Positions 1 through 9,565 are shown, counted from the whole stretch's first letter. The stretch is 26,329 bases of DNA, filler included, from an uncultured virus (IMG/VR IMGVR_UViG_2061766007_001600) (2 parts of one record of this genome joined end to end with filler, not necessarily neighbours in it), one strand, 5' to 3'. Numbers and translations: made by a program. The notes: generated from the sequence alone by a model not told the origin.

Positions 1-669
1 AAATACGGCTTCGACACTGATGATGGGACGAAGTGCGCTTCGAATGTAACAAACCCGGATCATTTTAGCTGCGGAAGCATGGGGCAGTTCAACCGCATAG
101 AAAAAGGCAAACCGATGACATTTGCTCAGGCAGATGAATTGAGGGCAAATCCAGGTTACGAAGAAGACAGCGGAAGACGCTGCAACTGTCAGACATGCGT
201 AGTCGCCTATGAATTAAGACGGAGAGGATATGATGTCCAGGCGAACCGTAGGAATATCTACAACGAGAATTCCGATCAGAAGATGATGGCGAGGGATTCA
301 GCGTGGGCATGGCGAGAACCGACAACAGGAAACAGACCGACTCACATTCAGGGTCAGAATACCTATGATTCCGCAGACAGTGCCTATTCTTCCCTTGGAG
401 AGATGCTTCAGGAAGGGAAGAGATACTCAATGGAATTTTCTTGGGGAGATGGAAGCGGAGCGCATATAATAATAGCAGAGAAGACACGAGGAAAGACATG
501 GCTGTTTGACCCACAGTCCGGAAGGGCCTTTGCTGAGGAGAGCGAGGTTAAACAGTATATGGGCAGAATAGCCGGTNNNNNNNNNNNNNNNNNNNNNNNN
601 NNNNNNNNCAGCGACATGAACTTCGATGCATTTGCGATAGAAAACGTTTTGAGCAAGGCAACAACATAG
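1..669 (+). CDS. 5'-partial protein ending in a papain-fold Cys-His-Asp (Tox-PL-2 / glutamine deamidase-like) domain; possibly the C-terminus of a MuF-type minor head protein or another cargo protein
   Basis: The frame is open from base 1. Motifs NCQTCVVAYELRRRGYDV (Cys), GAHIIIAE (His) and FDPQSG (Asp) match the papain-fold polymorphic toxin pattern. The N-terminus lies outside the window. Confidence 0.75.
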   Translation, partial: KYGFDTDDGTKCASNVTNPDHFSCGSMGQFNRIEKGKPMTFAQADELRANPGYEEDSGRRCNCQTCVVAYELRRRGYDVQANRRNIYNENSDQKMMARDSAWAWREPTTGNRPTHIQGQNTYDSADSAYSSLGEMLQEGKRYSMEFSWGDGSGAHIIIAEKTRGKTWLFDPQSGRAFAEESEVKQYMGRIAGXXXXXXXXXXXSDMNFDAFAIENVLSKATT

Positions 670-675
670 TAGGGG

Positions 676-933
676 GTGATGGTGTTGACGGAAAAAGAGT
701 TACAGATTCTGGATCAGGCGATACAGCAGGGGATGCAGTACAGAATCGTCAAGAGTAAGGGCAAATGGAATGGGTACAATGTCTACAACGGATACTATGA
801 AGAAGTAGGAGAGGTGATGTTTTCAGGATCTCCACGATACATTCTTGAAAAAGATGGTCAATGCAGAATATCGACATATGATGAGAGTTTCGAGATCTTT
901 GACCATTTTTCAGGTAACGATAAAAGAACTTGA
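676..933 (+). CDS. small hypothetical protein, candidate immunity/partner of the upstream papain-fold domain
   Basis: 85-aa ORF immediately after the toxin-like gene, preceded by AGGGGG. Function is inferred from position only. Confidence 0.55.
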   Translation: MMVLTEKELQILDQAIQQGMQYRIVKSKGKWNGYNVYNGYYEEVGEVMFSGSPRYILEKDGQCRISTYDESFEIFDHFSGNDKRT

Positions 934-939
934 GTCATT
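928..939 (+). promoter_or_regulatory. ACYTGARTCNTT motif, copy 1 (ACTTGAGTCATT)
   Basis: Same 12-mer pattern as at 3863, 9595 and 11619, each about 70-95 bp upstream of a start codon. Confidence 0.4.
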
Positions 940-1021
940 GATCGCAGCATCACATACACATTAGAATTTTCAAAGACATGGACGCTTCTGCTGTCATTGA
1001 GATTCTATTTGAGGTATGACA

Positions 1022-2001
1022 ATGCTGACATTCGAAGAGATAAAGAAGTTCAATCCGTATCACGGATCTGATGGTCGGTTTACATCAGCAGGCGGTGCAG
1101 CTTCGTTTACATATAAGCCTGGTGCGAGTAAAGCACATGACAATGCGATTCGGCAAGAAAAGGAGAAGAATCCTTTCGATCCTTTTGCTATATTGTCAGG
1201 AGAAGTGCCAGACTGGTTTTATGCAGGACCTGAGAAGAAACCAGCACCAAAGAAACAGACTCCCACTTCGAAACTTAATGCGAAAGGTGTGCCTGATGGT
1301 CAGGTAAAGGGAAAAAACATAATCAACAAAATCAGGCTACCTTATGCCACTTATGAAAGTGGAGCCAAAAAATCGCTCGTAGACAGGGTTGCTGAAGCAC
1401 AGGGGTATAAAGCGAAACCAGCGGTTGTATCAAAAGGAGAATTCGATGAAGCTGTTAAACGTTCCGGTATGATTGCGTACCGTACTATCAGCGAGGGAAC
1501 AGATGTTATAACCGGTGGGTCAAAGAGCGGAAAAGAGTTTGCGGATATCCTGATGTATGGTGAGCCTGAAGATTTCGCAATATGTGGCACAGGATCAAGA
1601 TCGTTTGGTGGGGGAATATATACGGCTGTATCGAAAAGGTNNNNNNNNNNNNNNNNNNNNNNNNNNNGAAAGAAACGAGCGAAGATGCCTGGAGAGAATC
1701 AACGGTATATGGATACGATGAAAACACAGCGGTGATGGCTATAACCTTATCGCCCGCAGCGAAAATAGGGGATTACTCTAAACTAAGAGATGAATTGATC
1801 GATGGTCCAACGAGAATTTATCAAAAATTCGATGCTGATGTAGGAGCATATGCTACGGCAAAAGGATACGATGCTCTTATCAAAGACTTTGACGATTATG
1901 ATAGCGACTATATGATGATACTAAATCGATCTGCGATGATTATCTGCGATGAGGTAACGAATAAGTACCGAGTAAAATACGACAAACCCGGACAGAGGTA
2001 A
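1022..2001 (+). CDS. leader-motif protein with a C-terminal ADP-ribosyltransferase-like domain
   Basis: GAGGT RBS at 1011 (start at 1016 or 1022). N-terminal FEEIKKFNPYHGSDGRFT. Joined across the 1641-1667 gap. C-terminal IAYRT..FGGGIY..GYDAL..YMMILNR resembles ART-fold domains of phage polyvalent proteins. Confidence 0.6.
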
Positions 2002-2005
2002 AGAC

Positions 2006-2122
2006 ATGACTGAACAAAAGGGAACAAACCGAGATCAAGAACTTATAAGAAAGCAGCCTGTCTTTAAGCGTCAGGAAGGTGCCGTTGAACTGGCGATGAA
2101 AAAGATTTCTGCAAAAGAAGAT
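2006..2122 (+). CDS. small hypothetical protein (3' end lost in N gap)
   Basis: GAGGT RBS at 1995, then MTEQKGTNRDQELIRKQ. The next gene has its own AGGAG RBS at 2217. Confidence 0.45.
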
Positions 2123-2230
2123 TNNNNNNNNNNNNNNNNNNNNNNNNNNNNNNNNNNNNNNNNNNNNNNNNNNNNNNNNNNNNNNNNNNNNNNNNNNNNN
2201 NAGGTTTTGTGGAAACAGGAGAAAAAACAC

Positions 2231-3082
2231 ATGGAAACATTCGATGATATCAGGAAGTTCAACCCTTACCATGGTGCAGATGGAAGGTTTACAACTGGAT
2301 CAGCAGCGACATCGTTTACATATAAACCTGGACAGGGTAAGATGTATGACAACGCAATTGCCAGGGAAAAGGAAAGGACAAAGAAAGCCGGACCTGCTAA
2401 GTCAGGTATAGCCACAGCAAAGACTTTTGACGAGTTAAACGAGGCTGTAAAAGGATTTGGGTTCAAGATGGGTGTTAGCCCAAATGTGCGGGCGCATGCC
2501 GATGTAGANNNNNNNNNNNNNNNNNNNNNNNNNNNNNNNNNNNNNNNNNNNNGCTAAAGACTTTCCTGAAATCAAAAGCACTCTTAACATGGTTGGGGAA
2601 CGGAGATCCGGTGTAGCCAGCACGGATGGAAGCAATCTATACATCAATCCTCTCAAATTGGGTAAAAATGGCTGGGCGGACCCTCTGATTAAAAGCCAGG
2701 TNNNNNNNNNNNNNNNNNNNNNNNNNNNNNNNNNNNNNNNNNNNNNNNNNNNNNNNNCGAAGCTGGACATTGTGTGGAACATGCAATTGCGTATAAGAGA
2801 AGACAGGGAGTGTATGCGGTACTCGCTTTTAATAATGGAGTATATTCAAATCAGATAGTCAGTCAGGCATGCAAGAATGTGAAGAAAACAGAATATGGTC
2901 GTGGGAAAAAGAATAACGATCTTCTGGCAGGAATTTCAAGACAGGCAGCAGAGCGAAGTCACAGAAGTAAATCAGAGGCATTTGCAGAGGCATTTGCAGA
3001 TCATTATGCGAACGGAGAAAATGCAAATCCGTTGTCAAAAGAAATTATAAGGTTGGCAAGGCAGGAACTCGATAACGCATAA
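2231..3082 (+). CDS. leader-motif protein with a C-terminal zincin-like (HExxH) metallopeptidase domain
   Basis: AGGAG RBS, then METFDDIRKFNPYHGADGRFT. After the gap ending at 2757 the frame reads (x)EAGHCVEHA, with the first His codon mostly in the gap, and later SEAFAEAFADHYANGENANPLS, as in MuF-associated metallopeptidase domains. Joined across two gaps. Confidence 0.65.
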
Positions 3083-3091
3083 AATAGGAGG

Positions 3092-3295
3092 ATGAATATG
3101 TTTACTGATGAGGATTTCAAGGGATTTAGGGATTATGCAGAATACTACCCAGACGAGGACGAACCCGGATTTGATGGCGTGCATTACGGCGGGATCAAGG
3201 GCCTGAAGCCGGGTGCGCCGGATTCTGCGGTTGAGGCATATGCCAGGTATGTGGCTATGATCAAAGAAGCAGAAGAGCAGGGAATCAAGTTGTAA
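3092..3295 (+). CDS. small acidic protein, paralog A (candidate immunity/partner)
   Basis: AGGAGG RBS; 67 aa; 45 of 54 C-terminal residues identical to 3353..3550. Confidence 0.75.
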   Translation: MNMFTDEDFKGFRDYAEYYPDEDEPGFDGVHYGGIKGLKPGAPDSAVEAYARYVAMIKEAEEQGIKL

Positions 3296-3352
3296 GAAGA
3301 ATAGAGTACCTTATCACAAAAACAGCACAGTTGTGTTGCGAGGATAGAAACA

Positions 3353-3550
3353 ATGCTGATGTATGACGTTGTTAAGGACTTTGTTGACTATATTGAGTAT
3401 TATCCAGGTCCAGACGAACCCGGCTTTGATGGTGTGCACTACGGAGGGTATAAAGGTTTGAAACCTGGTGCTCCAGACTCAGCCGTTGAAGCATGGGCGA
3501 AATATGTTGCAATGCAGAAGGAAGCAGAAGAGCAGGGCATAATGTATTAA
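3353..3550 (+). CDS. small acidic protein, paralog B (tandem duplicate)
   Basis: GAGGA RBS; 65 aa; shares EPGFDGVHYGGxKGLKPGAPDSAVEA with paralog A. Confidence 0.75.
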   Translation: MLMYDVVKDFVDYIEYYPGPDEPGFDGVHYGGYKGLKPGAPDSAVEAWAKYVAMQKEAEEQGIMY

Positions 3551-3564
3551 GGAAGGAGACTGGT

Positions 3565-3771
3565 ATGGCCGAAAGACCGGTAAGAAAGAGTCTCGAATCG
3601 GACATGGCAGAAAACCCAGTGTTCGAAGTTGTGAGAACCTCACAATGCGCAGACTGTGCACACAACGAAGGACTGAAGTNNNNNNNNNNNNNNNNNNNNN
3701 NNNNNNNNNNNNNNNNNNNNNNNNNNNNNNNNNNNNNNNNNNNNNNNNNNNNNNNNNGAAGCATAAGATAA
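3565..3771 (+). CDS. small Cys-containing hypothetical protein (end uncertain)
   Basis: AAGGAG RBS before ATG 3565; MAERPVRKS..QCADC; interrupted by an N gap. Confidence 0.5.
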   Translation: MAERPVRKSLESDMAENPVFEVVRTSQCADCAHNEGLKXXXXXXXXXXXXXXXXXXXXXXXXXXXSIR

Positions 3772-3785
3772 AGAATCAAAAGCAC

Positions 3786-3819
3786 AGACCGTCATGGTGT
3801 AAACCGGGCGGTCTTTTTT
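3786..3819 (+). terminator. Rho-independent terminator
   Basis: Stem AGACCGTC / GGCGGTCT followed by a T run. Confidence 0.75.
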
Positions 3820-3862
3820 GTGCCAAAAACATGGGGTGTCATATGCGTACCCCATCAAAATG

Positions 3863-3874
3863 ACCTGAATCCTT
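3863..3874 (+). promoter_or_regulatory. ACYTGARTCNTT motif, copy 2 (ACCTGAATCCTT)
   Basis: Follows a terminator and lies 76 bp upstream of ATG 3939. Confidence 0.45.
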
Positions 3875-3938
3875 TAGTTTCAGACCGGGAATGCATAGAG
3901 TGAAGAAAAGCAATGTGCACAGTGGAAAGGAGCAGCTC

Positions 3939-6900
3939 ATGGCTTTTGATTTTGCAGAGATCAGAAAAAACAATCCTTATCACGATCCTAAGACAGGGAA
4001 ATTCACTACGGCATCAGGTGGTGCTGCAAAAGCAACTGATGGTTCCGGGACTGCACAGAGTAGTTCAGAGAATTCATCAGATAATCCAACTTTTACACCT
4101 GTTGATCTTGATGCAGATTGGGATCATAAGGGAACACTTGGAGATTATGTTTCAAGGATGTGTGGGGATCTGGTNNNNNNNNNNNNNNNNNNNNNNNNAC
4201 ATAGGAGCGGGAGGATATTTCGACTACATCAACAAGCATGGATCGACCAGGTTTCCAGAAGGAAGTGAATTGAGCGAAGAAACAGAAATGGCTTGCATGC
4301 AGGCGGATTCTGAATATGTTGGAACAGGGAAATCATTCCAGATCAACAGATGGCTTAGGCTCGACAGAAGCGAAGAACGATATGCACAGTACCTGGAAGA
4401 GTCGAATGGGGGATTGTGGAGACCAGAAGCCGCNNNNNNNNNNNNNNNNNNNNNNNNNNNNNNNNNNNNNNNNNNNNNNNNNNNNNNNNNNNNNNNNNNN
4501 NNNNNNNNNNNNNNNNNNNNNNNNNNNNNNNNNNNCCCGAAATCAAATCTGCGATTGAAGCGGATGCAGAATACAGTGAAATCGTTTCGCTTATCAATAA
4601 GCAGGTAGGACAGGTAGTTACAGAGAAAGGGTATCTGTCCGCTTCTATGACAGCNNNNNNNNNNNNNNNNNNNNNNNNNNNNNNNNNNNNNNNNNNNNNN
4701 NNNNNNNNNNNNNNNNNNNCCAGCATATATAACAAACAATTCGACAGAGAGCGAGGTCGTGCTTGGCAGAGATACAAGCGTTCAACTGATTGGAGCACAA
4801 CAGGTTGATGGTGATCGTGGCTATCAGATACAGATCATTTATCAGGTGATAAAAAACGATGTGGAAAAGTCAGCGGTAAGAACTCCTGAGATGATTACGG
4901 TAGAACTGGCAGATGACAAAAAGAAGACAATCCGTCAGATGATGGGTATCGAAGAGCCGGAAGAGGAAGTGAAAAAGTATAACCACAACCACGGCGAGGA
5001 CGGGAAGTTTGTCAGCGGTGATGGTTCGACATCGACCTCAAAGGAATCTGTCGAAGAGATGAAAGAACGGCAGCTGAAGGTCGTGACAACAGCAAATCCT
5101 ATGTTGGATGATTATCACACCGGAATCAGGACTGTCGAGGATATTATGACATTCGATGAGGCAGTGTCAGATTGGGGCGGTGACTATACGGAAGACTGGA
5201 CGGAAGCTGATATGACATCAGCAAAAAAAGCTGGGAAAGTGATGATGTATTCTTCAAAGAAGATCGAGGACGGAGCATTTGTCACACCGAGCAAGATGTA
5301 TGCGCAGTCGTATTCCGCTGATGGCAAAGTGAACTCGAAAGAAGTGCCGTTGACAGCCGTTGCCTGGATTGATGTAGGAGAGGGGCAATACGCAGGGGAT
5401 GGTGACATTTGGAAATCTATGAGCGAAGATGCAATCACCATGTGGATGATGGGGATTGATGACCCTGAGGAGATCAAAAAGTACAACCACAACCACGATG
5501 CGAATGGTCGATTCTGTTCTGCTGGAGCCGGAGTGGTTGTAGATCCCACAGGGAGTGCGTCCAGGAAACAGATTGTATCAAAGCTGACAGGACAAGCGGT
5601 GCGGGATTACTCAAAGGAAGTGGCTAATAGCGTCATACAGGCGAATGATATCAAAGAGGCAAGGAAACGTACTCAAGAGAGTTNNNNNNNNNNNNNNNNN
5701 NNNNNNNNNNNNNNNNNNNNNNNNNNNNNNNNNNNNNNNNNNNNNNNNNNNNNNNNNNNNNNNNNNNNNNNNNNNNNNNNNNNNNNNNNNNNNNNNNNNN
5801 NNNNNNNNNNNNNNNNNNNNNNNNNNNNNNNNNNNNNNNNNNNNNNNNNNNNNNNNNNNNNNNNNNNNNNNNNNNNNNNNNNNNNNNNNNNNNNNNNNNN
5901 NNNNNNNNNNNNNNNNNNNNNNNNNNNNNNNNNNNNNNNNNNNNNNNNNNNNNNNNNNNNNNNNNNNNNNNNNNNNNNNNNNNNNNNNNNNNNNNNNNNN
6001 NNNNNNNNNNNNNNNNNNNNNNNNNNNNNNNNNNNNNNNNNNNNNNNNNNNNNAAATATCATGGTCTGAAGTCTTCTGTCGTAGAAATGACTCCGACCGA
6101 ATATCTGGAGAGATGCGCAGCGAATTTCAATTCGGCAAAAGAGGATGCGTCTGAAAGAACTGCCACATTGGCCGGTCAGGTAATGCAACTGAACTCCAAA
6201 AACGTAGAGAAGCTTCAGCTTATGATGGAGAACGGCACAAAAATGGATATGCCGTACCTGAATGTCGGATCAAATGACGGAGCACAGGAGGGCAGACACA
6301 GAGCGATGGCTGCATATAACCTGGGAATGGGAAAGATCCCTGTGCTCTATGTTGAAAGTGCAGATATATCGAAGTCTGCCGAGGAAACGGAATTCCTGGA
6401 ATACCATTTTGCAAAGCATAATGATTATCACGATGAGAGAGGGCGGTTTACTTTTGCACCCGGAGGGACGCACGGAAGTGATATAAATGTTTCACATGAA
6501 ACACACGGAAATGCGTCCGCATGGTCAGAACACATAAGGAGTGAGAGGGATAAGCTGGCCGGTGAGAAGCAATCAGAAAAGGCACTGTACGCATATGAGC
6601 ACAACATAGCATCGATGGATGACTGCGTTGCCGCAATGAAAGCCGGGAAAGCAGATGAACTTCTTGACCGATNNNNNNNNNNAGACCGACAAAAGAAACG
6701 AGGGGGCAGATCAGTATCCGGGATAAAGCCGAAAAGGCTGGATACACGGAAGCCAGGAAAGAGCAGATTCGAGAGGATACAGGCTGCGATATAGCTAAAG
6801 CCGAAGAGTATCACAGAGCACTTGATCACTATTTTGAAAGTCCGACAATTTCAGATGCAGATACGAAATCGATAGATGAATACGTGAGCAAAGCCCCAGC

Positions 6901-7297
6901 ATATGATGGTATCATATACAGGGGGCTGAGTTTTGCAATGAATCACGAAAGAGGAAACGCAGACGCAAGACTACCCGGTGAGTATGAAAAGTTTATGGAA
7001 AATATAAAACCAGGCAGTGAGATTGATATGAATGGATTGGTCAGTTCATGGACCAGTGATGAAGAAGTGGCGAGAGGTTTCGCAAATCATGTGATGTCAT
7101 TGCAGGATTCGGTGATTCTTGTATGCGTAAAGAATCGAACCTCCACACCTGTCGATCATCTTTCTACATATGGTGAAGAAGAGGTGCTTGCCAGCTCAAA
7201 AGCAAAGTGGACTGTTCTTTATTCCGAAACTGCGGAATGGAATCATGGGGAGAAAAAGACAACCATTTACGTGACGGAGAAAGGAGAAAAGGAATGA
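3939..7297 (+). CDS. large modular polyprotein: 4 leader motifs, VIP2-like ART (~4290-4850), uncharacterised domain (~5050-5400), ParB/Srx-like domain (~6087-6360), second ART (~6850-7290)
   Basis: GGAAAGGAG RBS. Each sequenced segment between gaps has an open frame. ART1: SFQINRWLR, EKGYLSAS, ESEVVL. ParB-like: QEGRHRAMAA..IPV. ART2: IYRGL, SSWT, EEEVL. Continuity across the 5684-6053 gap cannot be proven. Confidence 0.6.
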
Positions 7298-7455
7298 AAA
7301 GCCTGAAAGAACGATGGGACGAGCAGAAAGCATCAGACTATAATGTTACTCCACCGAAGAAAAAGTATCCTGATTATACGTTCACAAAGGACAAAGTATC
7401 TGATGAGGACAGGGAGTCGTTCAAAAGGTTGATTGAGCAAAGAAAAAAGAAATAG
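7294..7455 (+). CDS. small protein translationally coupled to the ART-bearing polyprotein
   Basis: ATGA overlap with the upstream stop and AAGGAG upstream; 53 aa MKSLKERWDEQ. Confidence 0.6.
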   Translation: MKSLKERWDEQKASDYNVTPPKKKYPDYTFTKDKVSDEDRESFKRLIEQRKKK

Positions 7456-7471
7456 AGTCATAGCAGAAAAC

Positions 7472-7500
7472 AAAGGCCACCGTGATGGTGGTCTTTTTTT
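7472..7500 (+). terminator. Rho-independent terminator
   Basis: Stem AAAGGCCACC / GGTGGTCTTT plus T run. Confidence 0.75.
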
Positions 7501-7719
7501 AATGTCGTTTGGAATTCCGACCTGTTTTTGGGGGAGTAATACCTNNNNNNNNNNNNNNNNNNNNNNNNNNNNNNNNNNNNNNNNNNNNNNNNNNNNNNNN
7601 NNNNNNNNAGAGATAGAAGGGAGGAAAATATAAAAATTCGCTATAAAAATCCTTTATTTGCAGGCATGGGATAGCGAAGGAACAAACAATCTCACAAAAG
7701 AAAGAGAGGAACAAGCGAC

Positions 7720-8223
7720 ATGAAAAATGCAGTTGAGAGAATCCAAAAGAACATCAATGACCGGGTAAACTCGAATACTCTTGCAACCGAGTGGCTGTCT
7801 GGGATGGTTATAAAGAGAGCCAGAATGCGTAGCAGAGGATTGAAACACGATGAGCTGGCAGAGTATGCGGCGAACAAGCTGGCGAACATGGAAGAGGCAT
7901 GGTTCTGTGAGAATCTGCTCCCGGAAACAATATCCGATCTAATCGATGATGTTAAAACGTTCAAGATGAACATTGAAAGAGCAGCAAAGTTAGAAGCAAG
8001 GGATGCGAAAGAATCCAAAGCATGCAGGATGATCGCTGCGATGGATAACTCTTTGAAACCGTGGGATGAGATTTTGGAGCATGTTAGGAAAGTATGCCGG
8101 AATCTTGAAGCGATGGCTGACTTCACTGAATCCGATAACATTGATGACTTTCCGTACTGCGGATATGAGATGTATACGGAACTGAAGGAAGTGGACTATC
8201 TAAGCCGGATGCTGCGGGCATAA
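7720..8223 (+). CDS. hypothetical protein (probably helical, no leader motif)
   Basis: 167-aa ungapped ORF with GAGGA RBS; no family recognised. Confidence 0.65.
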   Translation: MKNAVERIQKNINDRVNSNTLATEWLSGMVIKRARMRSRGLKHDELAEYAANKLANMEEAWFCENLLPETISDLIDDVKTFKMNIERAAKLEARDAKESKACRMIAAMDNSLKPWDEILEHVRKVCRNLEAMADFTESDNIDDFPYCGYEMYTELKEVDYLSRMLRA

Positions 8224-8251
8224 GCGACATGCTGATGGTTACGAATACGCA

Positions 8252-8298
8252 TTGACATTGCCTCCCCTTATGATATACATTGTATATCATAAGGGAGG
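8252..8298 (+). promoter_or_regulatory. sigma70/sigmaA-type promoter with palindromic operator for the mazEF-like pair
   Basis: TTGACA at 8252. A perfect inverted repeat with 15-bp arms, CCCTTATGATATACA-t-TGTATATCATAAGGG (8265-8295), covers the -10 region and part of the RBS. Confidence 0.7.
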
Positions 8299-8307
8299 TG
8301 GAATGAT

Positions 8308-8568
8308 ATGACAGCAACCGTATCAAAATGGGGCAATAGTCTTGGCATTCGTATACCAACAGTCGTTTTATCAGCATTGGATATTCATGAAGGTGACAAA
8401 CTGTCATATGACGTGGAATCCGATAAGATAGTTCTTCGAAAAGCGAAGTCCACGACAGAGATGTTCGAGGAATTCTATAACAAGCCCTTTTCAGCAATAA
8501 GCGATTCTGACTTGGGTTATGGTGAGGAACTCGACTGGGGAGATGATGTTGGAGGAGAATGTATATGA
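8308..8568 (+). CDS. mazE: AbrB/MazE-family antitoxin
   Basis: N-terminal SKWGNSLGIRIP signature; acidic C-terminus ELDWGDDVGGE; overlaps the toxin gene. Confidence 0.9.
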   Translation: MTATVSKWGNSLGIRIPTVVLSALDIHEGDKLSYDVESDKIVLRKAKSTTEMFEEFYNKPFSAISDSDLGYGEELDWGDDVGGECI

Positions 8569-8927
8569 CTTTTTCAAGAGGTGATATCGTTAAGGTGGAT
8601 TTGAATCCGACCAGAGGGCATGAACAGAGAAACTATCGACCGGTATTAGTCATGAATGATGTACCGCTTCCGGGCAATCTGAACATAGTATTGCCTATTA
8701 CATCAAAGGTTAAGTCATATCCACTTGAGGTTGAACTTGATGGTAGAACAAGCACAGTTGGCGTTATTCTATGTTTTCAGGTCAGAACATTAGATCTGAA
8801 CACCAGGAGGGCATCTTTTATTGAGCATGCCCCAGATGACATTACAGATCTTTGCGCAAAGTATGTGTATCGCCTGCTTTCAGATCCGATGNNNNNNNNN
8901 NNNNCAAAATATAAGGAGCAACAATAA
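8565..8927 (+). CDS. mazF: PemK/MazF-family endoribonuclease toxin
   Basis: RGDIVKVDLNPTRGHEQRNYRPVLV..LPITS..QVRTLD. Start at 8559 or 8565; 3' end uncertain because of a small gap. Confidence 0.9.
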   Translation: MTFSRGDIVKVDLNPTRGHEQRNYRPVLVMNDVPLPGNLNIVLPITSKVKSYPLEVELDGRTSTVGVILCFQVRTLDLNTRRASFIEHAPDDITDLCAKYVYRLLSDPMXXXXXKYKEQQ

Positions 8928-8956
8928 GAGGACACCTTATCGGTGTCCTCACTTTT
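8928..8956. terminator. hairpin between convergent mazF and hicB, probable terminator
   Basis: Perfect 9-bp stem GAGGACACC / GGTGTCCTC followed by ACTTTT. Confidence 0.6.
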
Positions 8957-8983
8957 GCTATCGAACGATATCATGACTATTTT

Positions 8984-9317
8984 TCATCCCTCTGCCAGAA
9001 GGAGTTCATCCATAATTGCTTTTTCGACAAATTTGTTAATGGAAACACCGCTTGTTGCAGCACATGCCGCAATTCTCTGATGGGTTTCAGGAGCGATTCG
9101 GACAACGAAACGCCCAGAATAAGGCTTTTCCGGCTCAACACCGTCTTCTTTGCACCATTCCAGATAATCATCTACGGAATTATGAAATTCCTGTTCAATT
9201 TCAGAAACAGAAGTCCCCTCAAATGTGATGACTGTGCGAGTGTTTNNNNNNNNNNNNNNNNNNNNNNNNNNNNNNNNNNNNNNNNNNNNNNNNNATATAT
9301 CCTTTGTAATTCATCAT
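8984..9317 (-). CDS. hicB: HicB-family antitoxin (missing from the ORF track)
   Basis: Manual translation: MMNYKGY..(gap)..NTRTVITFEGTSVSEIEQEFHNSVDDYLEWCKEDGVEPEKPYSGRFVVRIAPETHQRIA..GVSINKFVEKAI. ATGA overlap with hicA. Confidence 0.9.
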
Positions 9318-9412
9318 AGCTTTACACCTGCATTTCTCAGAAACTTACGAACCGATTTGATTGCACCTTTGTCAGTAACACGTTCAGGATGAGGACGGTG
9401 AAACACGGCTCG
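9314..9412 (-). CDS. hicA: HicA-family toxin, C-terminal part (N-terminus in N gap)
   Basis: RAVFHRPHPERVTDKGAIKSVRKFLRNAGV is the HicA HRPHP signature; lies directly upstream of hicB. Confidence 0.85.
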   Translation of the reverse strand, partial: RAVFHRPHPERVTDKGAIKSVRKFLRNAGVKL

Positions 9413-9542
9413 NNNNNNNNNNNNNNNNNNNNNNNNNNNNNNNNNNNNNNNNNNNNNNNNNNNNNNNNNNNNNNNNNNNNNNNNNNNNNNNNNNNNNNNN
9501 NNNNNNNNNNNNNNNNNNNNNNNNNNNNNNNNNNNNNNNNNN

Positions 9543-9565
9543 CCACTATATAGTATCACTGTCAA
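9543..9565 (-). promoter_or_regulatory. probable -35 box and operator of hicAB
   Basis: TTGACA on the minus strand (9565-9560), followed by the palindrome ACTATATAGT. The -10 box would fall in the gap. Confidence 0.45.

Noticed and set aside
9543..9565. Track start of hicA (MTVILYS)
   Set aside because: The TTG is part of a TTGACA -35 box; the real start is probably within the gap.
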